Shown: positions 20,652 through 30,818, numbered from the stretch's first letter. The stretch is DNA of 53,645 nucleotides from an uncultured Bacilli bacterium (GCA_944363925.1 CALVVS010000003.1:1-53645); one strand, 5' to 3'. Made by a program: numbers and translations. The notes: generated by a model from the sequence alone, not told the origin.

Positions 20652-21806
20652 TTGAAAAAAGTTTTATTTTTACAACTTAAAGGTAATTCTATTGGTGGTG
20701 TTTGGTTTGTAAATAAGGCTTTAGGTGAAGAATTTTTAAAAAGAGGATATGAAGTACAAGTTTTAGGTATTAGGAATAATCATCCTGGCACAGAAATAAA
20801 AGATACTAAAATTCCTATATCTGTTATTAATTCTAATGATTTATGGGAGATTATTCATAGAAGAGATGTTTTAAATTCTATTGGTCGTGGTTTTTTTAAG
20901 ACGTTTAAACAATATTTTATTGATAAAAAAGGTCTTGAAAGTGATTTATCTAAAACTAAAGAATTTATTTTGAATTATGACCCTGATTTTATAATTTCTT
21001 CACATTATCATTTACTTTTAGGAATTCCTAATGAGTATTTAAAGAAAACGATATTTGTTCAGCACACTAGTTTTGATTATTTACTTGAGGATAAATTTGG
21101 TATTAAGGTTTTAAAAAAATATAAAAATAAGATATATAAGATGTGCTGGCTATGCGAGTCGACAATGAAACAAGCTATTAAGTATGGATTTACAAATAGT
21201 ACATTTATTTATAATCCTAATAGGTTTGAAACAAATAAAATTGCGAATGTTGTTAATAATAAGAAAATAATTGCAATTACACGTATACATCCTCAAAAAA
21301 GAGTTGATTTAATGGTTTCTATTGTAAATGATGTTTTTAAAAACGGAAAATTTCATGATTGGGTTTTTGAAATATGGGGATTTGGTGAATTTAATAAGCA
21401 ATCACTTAAAATTTTGAAAGAAAGTAGTCAAATTAAGTTTAAGGGGTCTACTGATAATCCAATGAAAAAATTGTTAGAGGCTTCTTTAACTCTTAATACA
21501 TCTAGTTATGAAGGTTTTCCTTTGAGTGTTATTGAAGGGTTTACTTGTGGACTTCCAGTAGTTTCTTTTGATTATGGTGAATCAGCTAAGGAGCAGATAA
21601 CTGATGGATATAATGGCTTTGTTGTTAAACAGAATGATATAGAAGAATTCAAACTTAAGCTTATAAAATTACTTAGTGATAAAGGCATGCTTCTTAGGAT
21701 GTCTAAAAATGCAAAAGAATGCTCTAAACAATATGAAATTTCTAAAGTGGTAGATAAATGGGAAGAATTATTTGAAAGATTGGAGAATGACAATGCCGAA
21801 AGTTAG
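20652..21806 (+). CDS. GT4 family glycosyltransferase (TTG start; the ORF track starts at 20643)
   Basis: N-terminal GG, R..PQK and S.YEGFPLSVIEG...G.PVVS motifs. Confidence 0.9.
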   Translation: MKKVLFLQLKGNSIGGVWFVNKALGEEFLKRGYEVQVLGIRNNHPGTEIKDTKIPISVINSNDLWEIIHRRDVLNSIGRGFFKTFKQYFIDKKGLESDLSKTKEFILNYDPDFIISSHYHLLLGIPNEYLKKTIFVQHTSFDYLLEDKFGIKVLKKYKNKIYKMCWLCESTMKQAIKYGFTNSTFIYNPNRFETNKIANVVNNKKIIAITRIHPQKRVDLMVSIVNDVFKNGKFHDWVFEIWGFGEFNKQSLKILKESSQIKFKGSTDNPMKKLLEASLTLNTSSYEGFPLSVIEGFTCGLPVVSFDYGESAKEQITDGYNGFVVKQNDIEEFKLKLIKLLSDKGMLLRMSKNAKECSKQYEISKVVDKWEELFERLENDNAES

Positions 21807-22767
21807 TGTGGTAGTTCCAGTTTATAATGTAGAAAAGTATTTAGACAAATGTTTAAATAGTTTGGTTTATCAAACATTAGATGATATTGAAATTATTGTT
21901 GTTAATGATAGTTCACCTGATAATAGTCAAGAGATTATTGACAAGTATGTTAAGGCTTATCCTAGTAAAGTAAAGGCTTATATTAAGAAAAATGGTGGAG
22001 TAGGGGACGCGAGAAATTTTGGTATAAAAAAAGCAACTGGAGATTATATTGGATTTGTCGATGGTGATGATTATGTTTCTTTAGATATGTATAAAGAAAT
22101 GTATAGTAAGGCTGTTAAAGATGATTTTGATATAGTTGTATGTGATATTAGATATGTTTTTAATGATGGTAAAAGCAATATTGTTTCTTCTTTATTTGAA
22201 CATGATTTAATAACAAAAGAAGAAATTAAAATGTCAATGGTTAATATGTATCCAGTCGTTTGGAATAAAATCTATAAAAGAAATATTTTAAATGATATTT
22301 GTTTTAAAAAAGGTGTTTGGTATGAGGATGTTGATTTTTTATATAAATTATTTCCTTTTATTAGCAATATAGGGGTAATAAAAAAGCCATTTGTAAATTA
22401 TGTTCAGCACTCTATAAGCATTACACATACGTTTGATGAGAGAGTTTACGATTATGTAAAAAACTTTAACGAACTTATAGATTTTTATAAAGAAAGAGGA
22501 TTATATAATGATTATTATTTCGAATTAGAGTTTGTTTATGTAAGATATTTATATATGACTTTTATTAGAACATGCTGTAATTTTGATAAGGAAGAGTTTA
22601 GGAAAGCTTGCTTATTAGCTAAAGAAAATGTTTTAAAGAATTTTCCTAATTATAAGAAAAACAAGTATATTAAAGGGTTGTCAGGTTTTTATTTAAAACA
22701 TTTTAATTTTTTCACACAAAAGTTAGTTTATTTATTTTATCATTATAAAGCTTTAAAAGGTAAATGA
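21793..22767 (+). CDS. GT2 family glycosyltransferase
   Basis: VSVVVPVYN, VNDSSPD, NGGVGDARN, FVDGDD and WYED motifs. Confidence 0.9.
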   Translation: MPKVSVVVPVYNVEKYLDKCLNSLVYQTLDDIEIIVVNDSSPDNSQEIIDKYVKAYPSKVKAYIKKNGGVGDARNFGIKKATGDYIGFVDGDDYVSLDMYKEMYSKAVKDDFDIVVCDIRYVFNDGKSNIVSSLFEHDLITKEEIKMSMVNMYPVVWNKIYKRNILNDICFKKGVWYEDVDFLYKLFPFISNIGVIKKPFVNYVQHSISITHTFDERVYDYVKNFNELIDFYKERGLYNDYYFELEFVYVRYLYMTFIRTCCNFDKEEFRKACLLAKENVLKNFPNYKKNKYIKGLSGFYLKHFNFFTQKLVYLFYHYKALKGK

Positions 22768-22838
22768 GAAATTTACTTTTTCTTTACTAAATGTTTGTAT
22801 TAGGTTATAATTGTTAAAGAGTGGGAATAGGTGAGAAA

Positions 22839-23954
22839 ATGGGTAAAAAAAGAATTTTAAGTCTTGATATTATTAGATGTGCTGCAATATTTTTTGTGAT
22901 TTCTGTCCATTTTTTTCTAAATAGTGATTTTTATCAGACTAATTTGTCTACTGGTGGAATGTTTGTATTAAGCTGTTTTAGATGGTTATTCTTTACTTGT
23001 ATTGCGATATTTTTGTTATTAACTGGTTATTTAAATAATGCAACAAAATTTGATAAAGATTATTTTTATAAAATTTTTAGAGTTCTTATACCTTATATAA
23101 TTATTGGAATTATTAGTTTAATGTTTAAAAAGTTTTATTTTGGACAAGATATTACTGTTGTTAGGGGAATTATATATTTATTTAATTTTTCGGCAAATGA
23201 TTATGCTTGGTATGTTGAGATGTATATTGGTTTGTTTTTGCTAATTCCATTTTTGAATGTTTTATATAATAATTTAAAGTCTAAGAAAAGTAAAACGAAA
23301 TTAATAGTTGTACTTTCTATTATATTTTCTTTGACTGTAACTACTAGGTTTTTTTATCCAACTAATTATGTTATTAATGCTTTTTCTGATTATTGGATTA
23401 CAGGATACCCTTTACTTTATTTTTTCTTCGGGAAATATTTAAAAGAATATCCTTTGAAAATCAAAAATATTAAACTTATTTTAATATTAATAATTTTATT
23501 TTTGATACAAAGTGGTTTGATTTTTGTTTTTAATTATAATAAAACTTATCCAATGGAGTTATTTAGTGGATATGCTGGCGGATATTATAATTTGTTTACT
23601 GTTTTTGAAGCAATTATTATTTTTAGCTTATTATTTAGAATTAATTTAAATGGTAAAATAAAAACAAAATTTATTACTACTATTTCCTTAGTTTCTTTTG
23701 AAATGTATTTAGTTTCAGCTATAATAGATGGTATTTTCTATAACGAAATGAATTTACAATTTGGTAATGCTTTTAATTATTTGGTTAGCTATTTATTTTC
23801 AGTTCCTATTATATTTTTGTTATCTTTTGTCTTCGGTTTTATTATTCATAAAGTTTCTAATTTTATTTATATGAAATTTAAAACGATTTATGATAAAATA
23901 TATAAAAAGATTAGTAAATTTATTAAAGGAGTATGTTTATGTTTTCAAAATTAA
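22839..23954 (+). CDS. Acyltransferase-3 family membrane O-acyltransferase
   Basis: R...LDIIR..A...VI..H, F..LTGY, WYV.MY and SF.MYL motifs; about 10 TM helices. Confidence 0.85.
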   Translation: MGKKRILSLDIIRCAAIFFVISVHFFLNSDFYQTNLSTGGMFVLSCFRWLFFTCIAIFLLLTGYLNNATKFDKDYFYKIFRVLIPYIIIGIISLMFKKFYFGQDITVVRGIIYLFNFSANDYAWYVEMYIGLFLLIPFLNVLYNNLKSKKSKTKLIVVLSIIFSLTVTTRFFYPTNYVINAFSDYWITGYPLLYFFFGKYLKEYPLKIKNIKLILILIILFLIQSGLIFVFNYNKTYPMELFSGYAGGYYNLFTVFEAIIIFSLLFRINLNGKIKTKFITTISLVSFEMYLVSAIIDGIFYNEMNLQFGNAFNYLVSYLFSVPIIFLLSFVFGFIIHKVSNFIYMKFKTIYDKIYKKISKFIKGVCLCFQN

Positions 23955-24817
23955 ATGATTATTTGAAATTAATTAGGGTTAAACATTATATTAAAAATAT
24001 ATTAATTTTTGTCCCTTTATTTTTCAGTGGATTATATAAAGATTTTAATAATATTGTTGTTGCAATATGTGGTTTTTTCCTTTTTTCAATTGTTGCTTCT
24101 ATTATTTATGTATTTAACGATATTTGTGATGCTCCAAAGGATAGAATGCATGAGGTTAAAAAAAACAGGCCGATTGCTTCTGGAAGGGTAGGAGTTAAAG
24201 AAGCGTATTTTTTGATTATATTTTTAGGTATTATATCATTTTTATTGGTTTATTGTTTGTATTTATTCAAAGCTAATTTATATTCTTTAATTTTACCAAT
24301 TATATATGTTGGAATAAATATTTTATATTCAAAGTGGTTAAAACATGTGGTTTTGGTCGATGTTATTATTTTAGTTTCAGGTTTCTTAATTAGATTATTT
24401 TTTGGTGCTTTACTTATAGATTGTGTTGTTTCTAATTATTTATATTTAACTGTTATGTCTTTAGCTTTTTATATGGGATTTGGTAAGAGGCGTAATGAAA
24501 TTATGAAAAGCGATAAAAATACACGTGATGTTTTAAAATATTATAATAAAGAGTTTTTAGATAAAATGATGTATGTATGTTTAACTTTAACGGTGGTATT
24601 TTATTCTATGTGGACAGTTGATCCGAATGTGATTTCTAATGTTCATCATAATTTGCTAATTTGGACAGTGCCTATTATTATGATTATTTTATTTCAATAT
24701 AGTTTGATTGTTGAAAAAGATAGTTTTGGCGATCCAGTAGATGTACTTGTTAGCAATAAACCATTGCTTTTATCTTGTTTGTTTTATGCGTTATTTATAA
24801 TTGTGATTTTTGTGTGA
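23939..24817 (+). CDS. UbiA-family polyprenyl-phosphate 5-phosphoribosyltransferase (DPPR-synthase-like)
   Basis: LIR.KHYIKN, YVFNDICD...DRMH..K.NRPIASG, YS..LKH..L.DV, GKRR.E, L..Y and DP.D motifs, matching the decaprenyl-phosphate phosphoribosyltransferase subfamily. Confidence 0.85.
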   Translation: MFSKLNDYLKLIRVKHYIKNILIFVPLFFSGLYKDFNNIVVAICGFFLFSIVASIIYVFNDICDAPKDRMHEVKKNRPIASGRVGVKEAYFLIIFLGIISFLLVYCLYLFKANLYSLILPIIYVGINILYSKWLKHVVLVDVIILVSGFLIRLFFGALLIDCVVSNYLYLTVMSLAFYMGFGKRRNEIMKSDKNTRDVLKYYNKEFLDKMMYVCLTLTVVFYSMWTVDPNVISNVHHNLLIWTVPIIMIILFQYSLIVEKDSFGDPVDVLVSNKPLLLSCLFYALFIIVIFV

Positions 24818-24824
24818 GGTGTGT

Positions 24825-26435
24825 ATGAAAAAAGTTATTAATATTAATGATAAATGGCAGATATTTTTAAAAGTTTTATTGTTTATTTCTTTGCCAGCTT
24901 TAAGTTTATTTTTGTGCCGAAATACTGAAAAATGGATTATGATTATTTCTTTAGTGGCATCTATTATTTGTTCCTTTGTTTTAGTTAAATTTATATTTAA
25001 GGATATTTTTAAAAAGATTGATTTGTTTTACGCTGTAATATCTTTTTTACTTAGTGATTATATCATAAATGTATATTATATGTATCATCATAGTTTTACA
25101 TTTAAAGGTAATTTTTATGTTTTTTCTGAATGGAAAATATTTACTTTAAGTATTTTATCTATTTTTGCTTTGGGAATCATTATTTATTATTTATTAAAAA
25201 AATTAATACCTGTTTTGAAGAATTTTTATAAATCGTTAACTAAATTTGAAAAAATATTTTTGGTTGTAATTTTTTTTGCTTCGTTATTTGTTACAACAAT
25301 TATTTTTAATAAAACTTCTGTGTTTTATTATGGTAAAGATGTTTATTGGGATATTCTTTATACTTCTGATAGTTCAGCCACTTACATTAACGATGCGCTT
25401 TTTAATATTAATTCTATAATGAATGATTTTGCTAAACAGCCACTTTTTGGAATTTTTTCATTACCATTTGCTGTAATTGCTAGATTACTTAGTGAAGTAT
25501 TTTTTATGCTTCCAAATGGTTATGTAATTTTTTTAACAGTTGTTCAAATTACTGCAATGGCTGTTGCTTGGATTATGCTTGCGCGTTTATTAAAAATTAA
25601 AGAAAATAGTAAGTGGGAGTTATGTTTATTATTTTTGTGTTCATTTACTACAATATCCTTTGCTTTAATTTTAGAACAGTATATTTTGTCTTTTTTCTAT
25701 GTTGTTTTGATAATATATAGCTATTATAATATGAAACATAGTGTTAATTATTCTTTTATTGCTGGAGTAGGGTCGTTGGTTACTACTGGTATTTTAGTAC
25801 CGTTTGTTTCTAAGCCGTGCAAGATTAAAAGATGGTTATTAAATTTATTAAAATGTTTCATTGCTGGAGTATTTATTACTGTTATTTTTGGCCAGTTACC
25901 ATTTATTTTTGGATTTATTGAGGAATTAATGCGTAATCTTGACTCTTATACGGGTGTAGGATTATCTTTTAACAATAAGTTGATGCAATTTTTAAATTTT
26001 GTTAAAGGTATTTTTATAGCTATTCCGGGTTCTGCTATGCCAACGATTGCTGTTGGACCAGTACATTTATCATATTATTTAACTGAAGTTAGTGAATATA
26101 GTATTTTAGGAATTGTTATGTTAATTTTTTGTTTTATTAGCTTCTTTATTAATAGGAAAAATAAGCTTTGTATTATTTCTATGTTTTGGATTTTATTTTC
26201 TTTTGTTATATTATGTTTGGTAGGCTTTGGTACTAGCGAAAATGGTTTGAACTTATATTCTTTATATTTTTCTTGGGCTTATATAGTATTAATTTATATG
26301 TTGTTATATAAATTAATAAGAAATGACTTAGTTAGACGAGTTATTATAATTATACTAATTATAGTTTTGCTTATATTTAATATTCCGGAATTTATAAATA
26401 TTATTAAATTTGGACTTACATATTATCCTATTTGA
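24825..26435 (+). CDS. Multi-pass membrane protein, putative GT-C glycosyltransferase
   Basis: About 13 TM helices; extracellular loop D.LYTSDS...KQPLF; EQY motif; immediately follows the phosphoribosyltransferase gene. Confidence 0.55.
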   Translation: MKKVININDKWQIFLKVLLFISLPALSLFLCRNTEKWIMIISLVASIICSFVLVKFIFKDIFKKIDLFYAVISFLLSDYIINVYYMYHHSFTFKGNFYVFSEWKIFTLSILSIFALGIIIYYLLKKLIPVLKNFYKSLTKFEKIFLVVIFFASLFVTTIIFNKTSVFYYGKDVYWDILYTSDSSATYINDALFNINSIMNDFAKQPLFGIFSLPFAVIARLLSEVFFMLPNGYVIFLTVVQITAMAVAWIMLARLLKIKENSKWELCLLFLCSFTTISFALILEQYILSFFYVVLIIYSYYNMKHSVNYSFIAGVGSLVTTGILVPFVSKPCKIKRWLLNLLKCFIAGVFITVIFGQLPFIFGFIEELMRNLDSYTGVGLSFNNKLMQFLNFVKGIFIAIPGSAMPTIAVGPVHLSYYLTEVSEYSILGIVMLIFCFISFFINRKNKLCIISMFWILFSFVILCLVGFGTSENGLNLYSLYFSWAYIVLIYMLLYKLIRNDLVRRVIIIILIIVLLIFNIPEFINIIKFGLTYYPI

Positions 26436-26450
26436 TTGTTGAAATTGTTG

Positions 26451-26508
26451 ATGGCATTTATTGCCATTTTTTATATTAAAAGAGTAAATTCATTTTAAAA
26501 TTTACTCT
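26451..26508. terminator. Two hairpins between convergent genes (ATGGCA/TGCCAT plus T-run at 26451-26472; AGAGTAAATT/AATTTACTCT at 26481-26508)
   Basis: Inverted repeats read directly; one is suited to each strand. Confidence 0.6.
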
Positions 26509-26514
26509 AATGAT

Positions 26515-27627
26515 TTAATAATTATTTATAAAATTATTGAATTTATTTGATATTTTTTGATAAATTTTAGTATGTTTAGTAATGTTAAATATCAATTGTC
26601 TTAATGCTTCTATTATACCACATATCATAAATATAATAATAGATGCAATCAATACTTTAATGAGTATACTATTTGAAGTAATTGGTTCTACATCTGAAAA
26701 TCTAAGCCAGTGGTATAAGTATTGACGATTACATTGATGTTCATGAATTATATAGATTCCAAAAGTTAAAGAGCCAATATAGTTTATAACTTTACTTTTT
26801 ATATTTAATGTACTAAACCATAAGAAATAGAAGATAGATTGTAATATTACTAATATAAAATTATATTTTTCAAAATTGGCAGTAATTAAATGTCCTATAT
26901 ATTGAAAAAGACTATTTTCCATATTTGATAATGTTATTCCAAAATTATATGTCATAAAATTTAAAACCATAAATATAATAGTACTAATTAAAAATATTGT
27001 TTGAATTTTATTTTTTGAATAATTTTTAAAATGGATATTATTTGTTATTGGGTATTTTGAGAGGTAAGCACCTACGATATACATCATTATAAATTGTATT
27101 ACTGTTAATCCATCATTTGTTCCAACTATTTGATTACTTAGAAGTGGAGCTATGGAAAAACATATCAATAATGTTATTATTAATTTACGATGTATAGTTT
27201 GGCTCATGTTTTGAATTAATATATTTAAAAATGGGCTTAATAAGTATACAATTAAATAGCAAGCAATATACCAATGTGTGTGTATATAAAATGGATTTAT
27301 TAAATTAAAATAATCTACAATTGTAAAATTTTCCTTGTTTAGTATTATAAAAATAAGATGTATAATTATTTTATAAAAATAAAATATACTAAATGTTTGC
27401 AGAAACTTTTTAAGCTTAAATTTTTTGTTGTGCTGAAAATACCCTGTTAATAACATAAAGGAATTTACGTGAACTATGGTAATACATATTAGTAGTTGTA
27501 ATAAAAAATGAATGGTACCAGTGCTATTTTGCAAGGTATGTCCTTTGTATATGACATGGTATAAAATAATGAATAGCATTGAAACAATTCTCATAAGCTC
27601 AAAGTTTGATTGTTTGATTTTATGCAT
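26515..27627 (-). CDS. Acyltransferase-3 family membrane O-acyltransferase
   Basis: SNFELMRIVSM..I..YH, VN.F.L.TGY, WYI..Y, TFGIYIIH motifs; about 10 TM helices. Confidence 0.85.
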   Translation of the reverse strand: MHKIKQSNFELMRIVSMLFIILYHVIYKGHTLQNSTGTIHFLLQLLICITIVHVNSFMLLTGYFQHNKKFKLKKFLQTFSIFYFYKIIIHLIFIILNKENFTIVDYFNLINPFYIHTHWYIACYLIVYLLSPFLNILIQNMSQTIHRKLIITLLICFSIAPLLSNQIVGTNDGLTVIQFIMMYIVGAYLSKYPITNNIHFKNYSKNKIQTIFLISTIIFMVLNFMTYNFGITLSNMENSLFQYIGHLITANFEKYNFILVILQSIFYFLWFSTLNIKSKVINYIGSLTFGIYIIHEHQCNRQYLYHWLRFSDVEPITSNSILIKVLIASIIIFMICGIIEALRQLIFNITKHTKIYQKISNKFNNFINNY

Positions 27628-27820
27628 GTTTATTCCTCCGGTCTGTTTTATTTTGCTTTTCTATTACGATTATAATATAAAATTCTGCGTTTTGAAAGAG
27701 AAAATATAGATATTTTATAATATTGAGTAAATTCTATATTGATTTGTTTTAAAATTATGAATATTGTAGAAATTATTTTGAAAAAATGTTATTATTGTTA
27801 TATAGTAGGGTGTGAGAGTT

Positions 27821-29512
27821 ATGAGTAATAGAATATCTATTTTTTCTAGTATTTTAAAAAATATGGCTTTTTTAATTATATCTATTATTGCTATAGATAT
27901 TTTACTATCTTCGGTATTATTTTTATTTGGAATTTCTATAACAGTTTTTAATTTTTGGATAAGTTTTATTTTAGCATTTATTTTATTTGTTTGTGTTATG
28001 CCTGATAGTATAAAAATTAAGCTATTTTCATTTGTTATTGTTATTGGATTATTTATGATTAGTATTTTTGTTTCTAGTAAGGTATATGACTTTTCTTATG
28101 ATGGTAATGCATATCATAAAAATGCTGTTGTAGTTTTAGCAAATGATTGGAATCCTATTTATCAAGATTCTAGTGAAATTAGGCAACAATTATTTCCAGA
28201 AGAGTATAAAGATGTTTCTTCAATTTGGATTGATCATTATGCCAAAGGCAATTGGATATTTGGGGCTTCTATTTATAAGGTGACTGGCAATATAGAAACA
28301 GCTAAATCAATTAATCTTTTATTGATTTTTGCATTATTTGGTTTTTCATTTTATTATATTTATACTAAGAGTGGAAAAATTATATTTAGTATTATGTTAT
28401 CATTAATGATTGCCATTATGCCAATAAATTTTATTCAAATGTTTAGTTTATATAATGATGGAACTGTTTATTCAACTTTAAGTTTATTTGTTTTATCTTT
28501 AATGCTTTTTTCTGATGAAAAAGAAAAACATAAATTAAGTACATGGTGTTGGCTTTTTGCTACTTCATTAATTTTACTTAATATTAAGTTTACTGGTTTG
28601 GCATATGCTGGTATATATTCTTTAGCTTTTGCTATATATTATATTCACTTACATAAAGATAATATTCGTAGAATTATTCGTTCTGCATCTATTTTTGTAG
28701 GGATGGTTTTTGCTATTTTGGTATTATGTGGATCCAATTCGTATTTAAAAAATATTATAGATCATCATCATCCATTTTATCCTTTGTATGGTGATGATCC
28801 AGTAGATATTATTACAAATTTACAACCTAGAAATTTTAATGATAATAATTCTTTGGAAAAGTTATTTTTATCTTTATTTTCTGAAACTGATAATATTTGG
28901 GCTGGAGTAGATAAAGATACACGTTTAAAGATACCATTTTCTGTTTCTGAAAATGAAATAAGAGCAATTGGCATAGATACTAGAGTTGCTGGTTTTGGCC
29001 CATTATTTAGTGGTATGTTACTTGTTTCTATAGTTATAATAATGATTAGTTTAATTATTCTTTTTAAGAAACATTATGGAAAGCTTTTTAAATATACTTC
29101 TTTGTTATTAGCAACTATATTTTCAATTATTTTAATGCCCGATAGTTGGTGGGCTAGGTATGCGCCTCAAACATATTATATTGTTATTATTGCAGCTGCG
29201 TGTTTAATGTTTATTGGTTTTAAAAAGAAAATATTTAATTATTTATTTTCTATTATGTTTTTTGCTTTAATTTTTGTAAATTTGAGTTATAGTTTTGATT
29301 TTATTAATACAAATATTTCAGAATCTATTTTATTGAAAGATAAGTTGCTTTCTTTTAAAAATAAAGAGGTAGATACAGCTCTTAGTGGTGATAATTTTAT
29401 TCCACAATTGATTAATTTGAAAGAATATAATATTGATTATAAGTTAGTTAAATATAATAAAAAATGTGATTCATTATATTATCCTGGCATATATTCTTGT
29501 TTAAAAAAATAA
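27821..29512 (+). CDS. Multi-pass membrane protein, putative GT-C glycosyltransferase
   Basis: YDFSYDGNAYH acidic loop, HYAKG, YNDG, KFTG, HPFYP and WWARY motifs; about 13 TM helices. Confidence 0.6.
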   Translation: MSNRISIFSSILKNMAFLIISIIAIDILLSSVLFLFGISITVFNFWISFILAFILFVCVMPDSIKIKLFSFVIVIGLFMISIFVSSKVYDFSYDGNAYHKNAVVVLANDWNPIYQDSSEIRQQLFPEEYKDVSSIWIDHYAKGNWIFGASIYKVTGNIETAKSINLLLIFALFGFSFYYIYTKSGKIIFSIMLSLMIAIMPINFIQMFSLYNDGTVYSTLSLFVLSLMLFSDEKEKHKLSTWCWLFATSLILLNIKFTGLAYAGIYSLAFAIYYIHLHKDNIRRIIRSASIFVGMVFAILVLCGSNSYLKNIIDHHHPFYPLYGDDPVDIITNLQPRNFNDNNSLEKLFLSLFSETDNIWAGVDKDTRLKIPFSVSENEIRAIGIDTRVAGFGPLFSGMLLVSIVIIMISLIILFKKHYGKLFKYTSLLLATIFSIILMPDSWWARYAPQTYYIVIIAAACLMFIGFKKKIFNYLFSIMFFALIFVNLSYSFDFINTNISESILLKDKLLSFKNKEVDTALSGDNFIPQLINLKEYNIDYKLVKYNKKCDSLYYPGIYSCLKK

Positions 29513-29517
29513 ATACG

Positions 29518-29539
29518 AAAAAAGGGAGCCTTTCCCTTT
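29518..29539. terminator. Bidirectional intrinsic terminator
   Basis: AAAGGGA/TCCCTTT stem with flanking A/T runs between convergent genes. Confidence 0.6.
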
Positions 29540-30530
29540 AATTTTCTGCTTCTTCTAACATGTTTGTTATAAAAATACCATATCCTTTATGAGGGTCATT
29601 AACAACAACATGAGTTACGGCACCGATGATATTGTCTCCTTGAATAATAGGGGAGCCACTCATTCCTTGAATAATACCATTTGTTTTATTTAATAGTTCT
29701 TTATCGGTTATTTCAAAGACAAAGTTTTTTGTTTTTTGATTTTTGTCATTGATTTGGGTGATATTGATATTGTATTCTTGGACTTTGGTATCATTTAAAA
29801 CGGTTAGTATTTTAGCTTTTCCTTTTTTTATTTCTTCTGGTTTGGCAACTTTATAAGTTTTATTTTGATTAAATTCTGCTTTATAATTTCCAAATATTCC
29901 ACTGATAGTATTTTCCTTTACTTCACCGGTAGTGTTTGTTTTATCATATTCAGCTTTTTTTTCACCGGGTGATCCATCAGTGCTTGGAAGAATACCTGTG
30001 ACTTTAGATGAAAATATGGTACCATCGTTTATTTCAAAAATTTCACCAGTTGTCTGCTCTTGAATTTCATGACCTAAAGCTCCAAATTTTTTGGTATTTG
30101 GGTCGATAAATGTTAAGGTTCCTATACCAGTTACGCTATCTTTTACATAAAGACCTGTTTTATAAATGTTATTTTCATCTTTATATAATTTTAAATTTGT
30201 TTCTTTGGATTTATCATTTCTGATATAGGTTACATTAATATTTTCATCTTTAACTTTGTTTATCTCATTAGCCATGTCTTCAATTGAGGAAATTTGATTA
30301 CCATTTATTTTTTCAATAATGTCTCCTTTATTTAAGCCGGCTTCTTTGGCTGGAGATGTATTATTTACTTCATAGGTTCCAACAATTAAAACACCTTTTG
30401 AATTTAAAGATATACCGATATTTTGTCCACCAGCTATTATTCTATCTGAATAGGCTAGGGCATTTATGGGTATAATAGTAAGGAAAAGTAGAAGCAGGAA
30501 GATAGATTTTTTAAATTTTTTTAAAAACAA
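29538..30530 (-). CDS. spoIVB: SpoIVB peptidase (PDZ domain plus S55 serine peptidase)
   Basis: GG..IG, SPA.EAGL.KGDII (PDZ), GIGTLTF.DP....FGALGH, GIIQGMSGSPIIQ and GAVTHV..NDP.KGYG motifs. Confidence 0.92.
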   Translation of the reverse strand: MFLKKFKKSIFLLLLFLTIIPINALAYSDRIIAGGQNIGISLNSKGVLIVGTYEVNNTSPAKEAGLNKGDIIEKINGNQISSIEDMANEINKVKDENINVTYIRNDKSKETNLKLYKDENNIYKTGLYVKDSVTGIGTLTFIDPNTKKFGALGHEIQEQTTGEIFEINDGTIFSSKVTGILPSTDGSPGEKKAEYDKTNTTGEVKENTISGIFGNYKAEFNQNKTYKVAKPEEIKKGKAKILTVLNDTKVQEYNINITQINDKNQKTKNFVFEITDKELLNKTNGIIQGMSGSPIIQGDNIIGAVTHVVVNDPHKGYGIFITNMLEEAEN

Positions 30531-30640
30531 ATAATCATCTCCTTAAAATCAGACTACATTATTATTATGGTATAAATAGTAAGAAATAGTATTAGAATTT
30601 TATGGAATTTAAAAACGTCCACTTTATTAGTAAACGCTTT

Positions 30641-30730
30641 TTATACATATACGAATAAACCAGCTATAAAAAATGCAATTATACCAATAAGCATAATCCA
30701 TACGGCTATTTTTTGGACTTTAGAATTCAA
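30641..30730 (-). CDS. 29-aa single-TM small protein MNSKVQKIAVWIMLIGIIAFFIAGLFVYV (Prli42/DUF4044-like); not in the ORF track
   Basis: RBS GAGGTGA 4 nt before the TTG at 30730; basic N-terminus followed by one hydrophobic helix; TAA at 30641-30643. Confidence 0.7.
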   Translation of the reverse strand: MNSKVQKIAVWIMLIGIIAFFIAGLFVYV

Positions 30731-30818
30731 TGTTATCACCTCTTATTCATTATATAATATTTTTTTTATTTTTGGAATATTTTTTCTTTAAATGAGTATA
30801 ATTTGGTGAGGGATAAAT

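Noticed and set aside
18682-20659. Identical GGTGATTTATTTGAAAAA at the starts of two GT genes (18682 and 20642) as recombination sites
   Set aside because: Explained by a GGTGA RBS, AT spacer and TTG-Lys-Lys start; no recombinase or inverted arrangement.
30560-30600. Forespore sigma-factor promoter for spoIVB (CATAATA-like -10 on the minus strand)
   Set aside because: No matching -35 element at the right spacing, and the AT-rich background makes such matches unreliable.
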